DNA of 56,145 nt, taken from Prorocentrum cordatum (Eukaryota). Each line of letters opens with the position of its first letter. Position 1 is the first letter of the stretch. A program made the position numbers and the translations under genes. Where the stretch lies: contig CAUYUJ010000110.1 of assembly GCA_963575745.1 (NCBI GenBank), forward strand, positions 62,001 to 118,145. Direction: 5' to 3'. Under the pieces are notes generated by a model. It was not told where the DNA came from. It searched no databases and saw only the letters and a list, made by a program, of their open reading frames with translations. Shown piece by piece: positions 29,326-39,900 of this stretch.

Positions 29326-29524
29326 CCACTGTTTGGGTTCCACGTCCACTGTCCACTGTTTGAGTTCCACGCCTCACTGTTTGGGTTCCACGCCTCCACT
29401 GTCATGGGATCCACGCCCACTGCGGGGCTTCCAGTTATGGGATCCACGCCCACTGTTATGGGATCCACGCCTCCACTGTTATGGGATCCACGCCCACTGT
29501 TATGGGATCCACGCCCACTGTCAT
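29326..29524. repeat. ~21-bp tandem repeat (ccactgttatgggatccacgc) upstream of the zinc-finger gene
   Basis: About nine degenerate to perfect units. Confidence 0.85.
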
Positions 29525-29671
29525 GAGCTCGGCTTAAGGTTTGCGGTTTCTGACGCATGCCTTACTTGTTTGACGTGCGGGGGGGCATGGCATAGCATAG
29601 CATGTGTTACTTAATGCTTATTTGAAATATGATCCGACGTTTGTTTCACGCGCAGTACCCTTGTCACGCAT

Positions 29672-30068
<397 letters not shown>

Positions 30069-30312
30069 CAGGAGAAGCCTTTGGGGGTCCAGGATGCCTC
30101 GACCTTCGGGGTTCCAGGATGCCTGGGGCCTAGAGCCTTTGGGGTTCCAGGATGCCTGTCGCCATCTAGGGCAGCATCAGCACTGCGGTCCTCCCCCCAA
30201 CTGGCTTCCCAACGACGTCTCCACTCGGCTGTGGACAACTCAGATCGCCGAGGACGTGGGCGAGTAGAGCGAACGATCGGCTGCAGTGCGCGCGGCACCA
30301 CGTCTGGCAAGC

Positions 30313-32271
30313 CTAGGGCCCTGGCTTCTTCGAGCCACTGGCCGCTGCCTTGGACGCCCGGCCTGCCTCATCGTCATCCTCCATGATGTTCTTCCACTTG
30401 AAGTCGATGGGCGGGCACATGTAGTTTACCACGTCCCTCCTGATCGTGTGGCTTGCCACGAAGCAGAACCACGACTCCTCGGCAACCAGGTGCATCCCGT
30501 TGCCCAACGTAGTCTTACCCAAGGTCTGGGTCATCTCAGAGATGTCGAAAGGGAGCAGATCACGTAGCTCAGGATTCTTTGAGAAAGTCGGCCAGCCCTG
30601 CGAAAATGCCATCTCCTTCGGCGTGTAGATGTGATCTTTGTTCGCGTCCCCGATGTTGATGCTAACCATCTGCGAACTGCGTCGCACTGTGGGGATCCAG
30701 AGGGACATTCGGCTATGACCTTGCGGGTTGCTGCTGACATCAACGACCAGGCGGTTGCAATCCGGTGCCTCGCGTGTCTGTGCTAGCGCATGGTATCCAA
30801 GCAGAAAGTCGGCAGCGCTCGGCGACAGCGCCTCGAACGCATAGTTCGGGACTGTTTGGGACTGTTTGGACTGCTTGGACTGCGTCTTCAGGTTCTTCTG
30901 GATCTCCTCAGGGGTGTCTAACTGGCAGAAGACGCTGGCCGTGCTGACGACTTTCTCGCGGTAGATGTTCAGAAACGCGTCGGCCACACGCGGCCCCTTG
31001 TGCCCAGTCCAGACAAGGGTTTCGTGGCGGAGAGCAGCAGCCCGAACTCGCGAGCGGGCGGTAGGCCAGCCAAGATCCGTCGGCGAGAAGATCGCGTAGA
31101 TCACCTTGTGCGTCGCCGAAAGGCCTGCGATCAGGAGCTCCATCGGGAAGTGGTCGGACTCCTCCAGTAGCACGATGTCGAACAACTTGGCTTCTTCGAG
31201 CCACATGTTGAATGAGCTGATGGACTTGTGGGCAATCCCGTCCTTGTCACCTCCTGTACACCACGGTTGACAATGAGGCCCACTCCAGTTCATGGTCAAG
31301 GGCGTAGGCGCGTTGAAGAAGTCATCCTCACCGAACTTATCCTCACCAAATCGGCACGGGCACATGGCGCCGTCATGCACGAGGCACTTGTAGGACATCT
31401 TGCCCTTGCAGAAGAATGCCCAGTCATTTTTCTTCAGCTCCTCTTTGTGCTTCTCGTTGTGGTCCACCTTATCCCAGAACGGCAAACTTGAATGGAGTGG
31501 CGACACCTGCGGCAAGACCCTGGAGGGATCGTGAATATCCTCGACCTTCTTGTACACGTGCTTAGGCCTCAGAGGGTTATCCAAGCTGCAAATGTTCTTG
31601 ACCAGCTTCGCGTTCGACTCGGACGCCCTGTAGAGCAGCAGCCAAGGTACCGTGAGACCTGTTTGTCGTAGCGCGAGCTCCGTCATCTTCATCGCCATCT
31701 CTGCGCCCTGGGCACCGCTGAAGTCCGTGTGCAGGGCAATGCCATGCTCCAGCAAGCTGCACATACGACGACCACGAATGTCACCTCCATGTCCACTGCA
31801 GGTTTTCTTCACGCAGTGATCCGCGTGTCTCTCAAACTCATCTTGTGCACTCGGCCCCGGTGGGAGCCAACACGTCATCTTCTGTTATTGCTTGGTGTTC
31901 CCACCCTTGAGTTTGTCGATCTGGCGCTTGAACTCGACAGGCTCCATGGCCGAGTACTTCAGAGCAGCTGCATCCTCGTCAAGGTCGTCGTCGGACTCCT
32001 CTGCGAGGAGCTCAACGTCGCTCAAGCGCGAGCTCTTGCCGTCTTGATCGTCCTCGCTGTCTGCGTCCGACGCGCACAAGAGATCCTCGTCGAGCGCACC
32101 GCCATCAGCACGAGCAACCGCCTCTTCGAACTCGAAGGAATCCCTGGGCGGTTCGGGCTGGGGCTGTGGCGAACGAGACCGAGACCTTGGCCGTTCAGGC
32201 GATTGACCTTTTGGGACTTGACCCGCATCTGGAACCGCGCCATCTCCCTCGCGCCGATCATTCTCTGACAT
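30313..32271 (-). CDS. C5 cytosine DNA methyltransferase, divergent dinoflagellate type, with an acidic N-terminal extension; interrupted by one in-frame TAA at 31885-31887
   Basis: Motifs in canonical order: I DFSGAQG, II ASE, IV GPHCQPW, VI LLEES, VIII LGWPTARSRV, IX TPKEMAFSQGWP, X LGNGMH. ORF 31885-32271 is in frame with ORF 30313-31878. Confidence 0.85.
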
Positions 32272-32560
32272 CGCAACTGGAAGAACGTCAAATGTAAATG
32301 GACGCGATCTCTCACTTCACAGATGGACGGTCGACTCGAGCCTCGAAATACAGGGAGTTAGACTGGCCGACGCGCCAACGCGCATCATTGTTCTCACGCA
32401 GGGTCCACAGTCCACAGGTCCTCAGCGGTCGTTCACAAGTTCCCAAACAGCGCATGCCCACGAGTCCCCTAACAGTGCTTGTCCACAAGACCCCCGAGCA
32501 GTGCTTGCTCAGAAGTCCCCAAAGAGTGGTTAGGGTCACGGACATACGAGACGACACGAC

Positions 32561-32617
32561 GCGACCACTTTTTGGGACAAACAGCGCCCGGCGACCACTT
32601 TCCCAAAAAGTGGTCGC
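32561..32617. other. 17-bp perfect inverted repeat plus an internal third half-site
   Basis: GCGACCACTTTTTGGGA (32561-32577) and TCCCAAAAAGTGGTCGC (32601-32617); extra GCGACCACTTT at 32591-32601. Confidence 0.8.
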
Positions 32618-32744
32618 CCCGCCGCTGCGCGACGTGACCCCAAGGCGGCCCATCCCCGAGACATTAGCTAACAAAGGCGTGATAAACACATACTTCCGCC
32701 AGCTTCCGTCAACTTCGGGAACCCAAGAGCGCCCAAGAGGGCCT

Positions 32745-33480
32745 TTGGAGGGGCCCTAAGACGGCTCCAAGAGGGCCCCAAGAGGGCCCCAAGAGGGTCC
32801 CAAGAAGGCCCCAAGGGGTTGTCACGGAAAGGGGCCCTGCGTGACAACCCCAGCGGTTCCTCTTGGAGCCCTCTTGGGACCTTCTGAGGGCCCTTGGAGG
32901 GGCCCTGAGGCGGCTCCAAGAGGGCCCCAACAGGGCCCCAAGAGGGCCCCAAGGGGTTGTCACGGAAAGGGGCCCTGCGTGACAACCCCAGCGGTTCCTC
33001 TTGGAGCCCTCTTGGGACCCTCTGAAGGTCTTTGGAGGGGCCCTAAGACGGCTCCAAGAGGGCCCCAAGAGGGCCCCAAGAGGGTCCCAAGAGGGCCCCA
33101 AGGGGTTGTCACGGAAAGGGGCCCTGCGTGACAACCCCAGCGGTTCCTCTTGGAGCCCTCTTGGGACCTTCTGAGGGCCCTTGGAGGGGCCCTAAGGCGG
33201 CTCCAAGAGGGCCCCAACAGGGCCCCAAGAGGGCCCCAAGGGGTTGTCACGGAAAGGGTCCCTGCGTGACAACCCCAGCGGTTCTTCTTGGAGCCCTCTT
33301 GGGTCCCTCTGAGGGCCTTTGGAGGGGCCCTAAGACGGCCCCAAGAGGGCCCCAAGAGGGTCCCAAGGAGGCCCCAAGGGGTTGTCACGGAAAGGGGCCC
33401 TGCGTGACAACCCCAGCGGTGGTTCCTCTTGGAGCCCTCTTGGGACCTTCTGAAGGCCTTTGGAGGGGCCCTAAGACGGC
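32745..33480. repeat. Five-unit tandem array (138-149 bp), each unit carrying a 12-13-12 palindrome
   Basis: GGGGTTGTCACG-N13-CGTGACAACCCC starting at 32815, 32953, 33102, 33240 and 33378. Confidence 0.92.
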
Positions 33481-34376
33481 GGGAGGCTCGAGGTTCTATA
33501 GGGCTATGGGGCTATGGGGCTATAGGGCTATAGGGCTATGGGGCTAGAGGGCTAGAGGGCTATGGGGCTGTGGGGCTATGGGGCTATAGGGCTATAGGGC
33601 TATAGGGCTATGGGGCTATAGGGCTATAGGGCTATAGAGCTATGAGGCTATAGGGATTTGAGCCCTATGGGTGCTCGCTGGCGCCTTTGTTAGTGAGCTC
33701 ACAGGCATCGTTTCTCGTGAGGGCGCAAAGCATCCCAGAAGGCCCTTTGCCAAGTAGAGGTCCCTTCCAGTGAAAAACAAGTTTTTGCACAATTCATGTT
33801 TTTGTTCAGCGACGTTTGTTATGTTTGATACAACATCAATACTGCGAAATGATGTCTTGGTGTTCGCATCTGTTTCATTAAGTTGTTCATTGTTTTTGTT
33901 TGAATGTGTGGTTGTGTTTCGCTCATGTTTGGCTTTTGGCTGGTTCTGAAAACGTTTGAACATAATTCACTGGTGTTCATACGTGTCGGTCGTTCATTGC
34001 TTTCTTTTGTTGATGTTCACGTGTTTTTTTCATGTGCACATTATTTTTCAACAGTTTTAATAAGTTTTACTGCGTTTCGTGATTTTTTTGTGAAAGCTAA
34101 AGGTTTTTATGCGTTTCAATACTTGTTTAGCATTTTATGCTACTTTTTTATACGTTTTTACAACGTTTGGTACATTTTTGGTATTGCTTGTTACTTTTAG
34201 CTGTATTTGGGTAGTTTTTCATACTTTTTGATATATTTCGCTACTTTCGCTACGTTGCGGTGTTTTTTTTTGGTGTTTTTGGCTTTTTCATAGCAGTTTG
34301 GTGTGTTTTTGCTTTTTTCATAGCAGTTTTGTGGTTTTGTTGTTTTTTCGCGCGTCTGGCTGCTTCAAGGCGGCCT

Positions 34377-34452
34377 CCCCGGAAGTTCCCCGGAAGTTCC
34401 CCGGAAGTTCCCCGGAAGTTCCCCGGAAGTTCCCCGGAAGTTCCCCGGAAGT
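34377..34452. repeat. (CCCCGGAAGTT)~7 perfect 11-bp tandem repeat at the T-rich/A-rich switch point
   Basis: Six full units plus a 10/11 unit. Confidence 0.95.
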
Positions 34453-35246
34453 GAAGGAGCGAGTATGCAACAAAACCAACGAATCTCACAACAATGCTTT
34501 TTGTCCCAAGAAAATGCGAAAAAGCACGAAAAAGCATGAACAAATACCAACATGTACCAAAACGTACCAAAAAGTATGAAAAATTATGGAAAAGTGAGAA
34601 AAAGTATGAAATAGTATGAAAAAGTATGAAAATGTATGAAAAAGTATGAAAAATACAAAAACGTATGAAAAAGTATGAAAAATATGAAAAAGTATGAGAA
34701 AGTATGAAAACATATGAAAAAAGTATGAAAAAAAACATCAAAAAGTCCAAAAACGTATGAAAAAACATCAAAACACATCAAAACATATGAAAACTCACGA
34801 CAACAAATTCACGATAACACAAAACATAAAAAAGCATCAAGAAGTATCGAAAAAGCATCACAACATATCAAAACGCAACAAAACATAGGAATCATCATCA
34901 ACACTTAACCAAAAGCAGCAAAACACATTTAAACACAACAAACACTATTAGATCGCATCAAAAAGCTTGAAAAACTTTGCAAATGTCAGGCACGCTCCAA
35001 CATTGTTTAAATTGTATACAGTTTTGGAGACACACAGGTTTAATGGCCTCCCTTGGCCATGGACCCTTGGGGAGCCCATGGGAGGCACGACGGGCACCCA
35101 CAGGACTCATAGCCCTATTGCCTCATAGCCCTATGGCCCTGTAGCCCTATAGCCCTAGAGCCCCATAGCCCCATAGCCCTATAGCCCTATGGCCCCATAG
35201 CCCTACAGCCCTACAGCCCTATCGCCCTGGTCTACACGTTTTGTTT

Positions 35247-35398
35247 TGAATTCCTGGTACGTTAGCATGTTTTTTTTTGAAACCCTGGTACGTTTGCACG
35301 CGTGTTTTTGGAAACCCTGGTACGTTAGCATGCCCCATGCTTGAAACCCTGGTACGTTTGCATGTCCATGTTTTGAGCACCCTGATACGTTGGCATGT
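35247..35398. repeat. ~32-bp period repeat with core gaaaccctggtacgtt(a/t)gca(t/c)g, five copies
   Basis: Cores near 35249, 35279, 35311, 35344 and 35377. Confidence 0.85.
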
Positions 35399-35882
35399 TT
35401 GTAGAGATGATGTTAGCTCCGTAGGCCACATAGCCCTATAGCCATATAACCCTATAGCTCTACAGCCCTATAGCCCTATAGCCTTACAGCCCTATAGCTC
35501 TATAGCCCTACAGCCCTATAGCTCTACAGCCCTATAGCCCTATAGCTCTACAGCCCTATAGCCCTATAGCCTTACAGCCCCATAGCCCAACACGCCCAAG
35601 ACAGCGTCCAAGACGGCCCGAGACGGTCTCCAAGACAACGTCCAAGATGGCCGAGACCACTGGGCCCTGGAAGGCCGAGGACTCCAATGGACCCGCACGG
35701 CAGCACGGCAGAGCAGACCAACACAGCAGACCAGCAAGGCAGACCAGCACGGCAGACCAGCGCGGCAGATCAGTAGTATTGCATATCAGCGAGGCAGACC
35801 AGCACAGAAAACCAGACGGGCACGGCAGGAGCCCAAACATGCCCAAGACGCCCAAGGAGCCCAAAGAATACCCAAGAAAGGC

Positions 35883-36248
35883 GCACCCCTCACGCGGATC
35901 CGCGAACGAGGGGTTAGGACGGGCAGTCACGACCCCTCTTCCCCCCCCCAGCACTTGGTGTTGGAGGGGAGGGGGTTCGTGACCTTCGCCCCCGCCCGTG
36001 GGAGCCCCCGGTCGCGGACCCTAGGGCAGGCGGTGAGGCGGAAGCCTAGGGCTAGTGCCCGATGATGCACCCCTCACGCGGATCCGCCAAAGGGGGGTTG
36101 GGACGGGCAGTCGCGACCCCTCCTCCCCCCCAGCACTTGGTGCTGAAGGGGACGGGGGTCGCGACCTTCGCCCCCGCCCGTGGGAGCCCCCGTTCGCGGA
36201 CCCTAGGGCAGACGGCGAGGCGGAAGCCTAGGGCTATTGCCCATGATG
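35883..36248. repeat. 184-bp tandem duplication
   Basis: gcacccctcacgcggatccgc...ggaagcctagggcta at 35883 and 36067. Confidence 0.9.
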
Positions 36249-36986
36249 CCCAGAAATTGGGGCCCGAGATGCCCATAAGGGCCCAAAGACGGACCCGCCC
36301 AATACGCCCAAGACAGCGTCCAAGACGGCCCGAGACGGTCTCCAAAACGGCCCACCCAAGGCAACCTCCAAGATTGCCCACCCAAGACGGCCCACCCAAG
36401 ACGTCCTCCAAGACAGCCCGCCCAAGACAGCGCCCAAGACGGCCCGAGACGGTCTTCAAGACGGCCCACCCAAGACAACACCCAAGGCTGCCCACCTAAG
36501 ACTGTCAAGGCTATAGCGGCATCATAGCATAGCATAGCCAGGCCCATAACAGCATCATAGCATAGCAGAGCATAGCCATGGTGTGGGACTCTGTCTGCAC
36601 GCGCGATTGAGTGAGACTGTGCATGGACGAAGATATTCAGTCAGCCAGTCAGTCAGTCAGTCAGCAGAAGCGGCACTAAGAGTCCGGGTGGGAGCGGCAA
36701 CGTATGAGTTAGTCTGGCCGTTGGGGTTTGGGGGCTGAGAACAGGTGAGTCTGAACACGAGTGGATGACGCGAGTCAAGGTGACCGTCGTCGAGCACGAA
36801 TTTGAGTCTGAGTATGAGTCTCATGAGTCCCCCTGCGGATGGCAATGGGGAATGCAACGCCCAAGAAATCAAAGTATGAAGCAGGAAGGATGTGGATGGA
36901 AGAACAGGGAGGAGGAGGAGGAGGAGGAGGAGGAGGATCCTGCAATGATTTTGCTTGCGCCACCGCCAAACAACTTCAGTTGGAAG

Positions 36987-39900
36987 TTATGGGTTAAAGA
37001 ACTCCATGTTGTCGAGGGCATCCATGGTCGGCAGCTTCAACGGGTCTGGGTAGTCACGGTGATCGGGTTGGTTATCCACCATGCGGCAATTCAGAACCCA
37101 CCATTTGAGTAACTTCTCTGTGTGATACTTCCCACCGTTCGCATTCCACAGGCGCCTTCGGCGACACTTCCCATGGTATTTCCGCAAAGGGCATGCAACC
37201 TCATGGCCGATAGGTTCACCTGTAGTTTTATGGTACACGAATGTGAACCTGGCCCCACGCCAGTTTTGATTGTTCTCCTTGACCCGTCCAATAGGCCCAA
37301 CTGGTGGCGGCGGCACATCCTCCTTCAAAGCCTCGTCTGAAGAGTCTGAAGAAGAGCTCGAACTGCTACTGGAACTCGAACTACTACTACCCTTGGCACT
37401 CGAGGAAGCTTCTGGCTCAGGATCAGCATGTAGTGATTCTTCATATGTTGCACCTTCTTCGTCTTCAGGTCCAGGCGCTGGCTCCACGGGCGCGGGCCCC
37501 TGAGGGGGCTTGTCTTTGACCTTCGGCATCTTTGGAAGTGCGCCCTGATGCCCGGGCGTCGCGTCAAAATCAAAGTCATCTTTTTTCCTGCGTTCTGATG
37601 GTTGGTAGTCGTTACCTTCAATCCAAGCTCTGTAAAACCCTTCAGCCCTGCCATGCGGAACGTCTTTGCCGTGCGTCTTGTGATACAGAAGGGCCAACAA
37701 ATAATAACGCTGGAAAGTCGTTGCAGATTCTTTTATATACCACTGCTTTGTCACGCCATTTCTGTAGACATCAACCCCCCTCCTCGAGTGGACAACGCTG
37801 CATTGCCAGCCATCACGTTCCAGCCGTAACAAGATGTTGATCATGGACAGGTCTTCCATTGCAAGCCCATCTCCAGTTCCCAGAGCAAGCTGCGGCTCGT
37901 TTATAGGCTGAGTGGTCCGCATGGCCTCCTTCCCGCGTGGACTGATTGCCCAGCCAGATTCATTAGATTGCGTCACATACCCATGAGTTACAAGGAAATC
38001 GAGAGCATGTTGATGGCCTTCCAGGTCGTCGCGATCAACGACGGCAACCCCTCCTGAACTTGCCCCGGTGAAGAGAAGTTTCTCAACGACGGTTTGCAAA
38101 GATGTGAATAACTCCGCGGGCGTGTCTCGACCGAACACGTGGCATAAGGGCTTTTTGTTTGGAAACGTCCTCAAGCTCCTCCATTCAGACATTGAGAAGG
38201 TTGATGGTGTAATAACAATCGATGCTTCGGCAAGCGAAATATCAGTATCATTCATCTCAGCGAACATCTGGCCGTCGTCATACGGCTCGTCTACGTTGCA
38301 GAGGCTGCACGCAATCGAATCGTACTGTTGTACTTTCAAGGCTCCCTCAGGGACTTGAAATACAGAAGGCTGGGCATGTTGGATTGCGAAGTATACAGAA
38401 TGGACGCCGCCTGGGCCTGTCGAGCACCACGACGGCTTCAACCCCTTGGCGGCGCAGCATTCGCCGCCCATCTCTTCGTCGAAATCGAAGCCATCCGATT
38501 CATCGCCACCTCGGCTGCCTACATCGACGCACTGAGGGTTGACGACGTCAATGAGCTTCAAGAACGGCGGGACCGTGAAAGGATTGTCCATGGTGATAGC
38601 AAAAATACAATGCGTGGACGCCGAATCCCTGTGATTGAACAAGTCCCTGAGCTCACGTAAGGCGTACGTCGAGAACACTTCGACATACCTCGGCGAATGG
38701 CCGATGTCCTTGCCAGCGGCGGGAGCACCTGCACTGGGACCTGCACCGCCCCCAGGGGCATCGCCCCCACTGCTTCCACCGCCTCCGCTGCCTCCAACGC
38801 TTCCACTACTGCTGCCACTGCCTCCACTACCACCAGCGGCAGGGGCATCGCCTGAGCCGCCACCGCCTGAGCCGCCACCTCCTGCGCCACCTCCGCCGCC
38901 AGGTGGACCTTCGCCGCCGCTGCCACTGCTGCCTCCAGCGCCTGCTCCTGGGGACAGACAATACTGGGCATCCTCGCCCCGCTCCTCCCCCTCCTCCTTC
39001 TCCTTCCCCTCCTCCGCCTACTCTTCCTCTTCCTCTTCCTCTCCTTCTCATCCTCCTCTCCTCCTCCTCCTACTCCTCCTCCTCCTCCTCCTCTCCTTCT
39101 CCTCCCCTTCTCCTCCTTTCCTCCTCTCCTCCTCCTCCTCCTCCTCCTCCTCCTCCTCCTCCTCCCCGCCATTGATCTTAGCCCCCGGGCGTCCTTCGGG
39201 CCCTGGCCCAGCGGGTGGTGGCGGTGGAGGTGGAGGTCGAAGTGGGAGAACGTCTGGAAGGTCTTGGTGCAGCGTGCGAGTGTCCAAGTGATATATGATG
39301 CGAGTCACTTCTGGCAACAGCTTCCTGCTCAACTCCTTCTTCTTACTCGCCGCTAGCATTTCCTGAATCCGGGGATGACTGCTGAGACCCATCGCCTGCA
39401 GTCCTGATAAACCAGTCTTCACAGATGAACAATGATCGACCATCGCCTCCAATGATCGTGGATGTTGTTTCAGTTTAGCCCGAAGCGTAGGGAGCATTGA
39501 ATGAAAGGCGACGTGGACTGGTCCTGCGTGGTGAGCACTTGTAAGCCAATGCCTGCTGGCCGCATGGAGAGCTTCCACCCACCGCTCGCTGGTTAATACA
39601 AATCGAAATCGCCCCATCATTCGATATAGCAACGGCAAAGTTTTTGGATCAGCACCAGAAATGAATGCCTTCATCTCGTCACAACCTCTGGAAGCAGGGT
39701 CGCAGAGAACAGTCTCGAGAAAGTGCGCCCGATATCCATGGTCACGACGTCGATGAGTCCACAATCTCAAGGATTTCCTGGCGCACTCACGGCCGACACC
39801 AACACTGCTGCTTGCAATGCCCATCAACACCCAAGGTAATTGCTGCCAACACCCGAACTTGAGAGTGCAGACAAGGTATACATACCGCCGAGTAGCATCG

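Larger units (their letters stand above)
33495..35587. mobile_element. Foldback-like, AT-rich non-coding insert
   Basis: A (tatagggc/tatggggc)n array at ~33495-33655 is mirrored by (gccctata/gccccata)n at ~35105-35222 and ~35430-35587. The left arm is T-rich (tttttcatacttttt) and the right arm A-rich (aaaaagtatgaaa). Confidence 0.5.

Noticed and set aside
32335..32356. Possible degenerate SL relic upstream of the DNMT (..ATTTCGAGGCTCGAG on the minus strand)
   Set aside because: Only the last 8 nt resemble the SL (7/8), which is compatible with chance.
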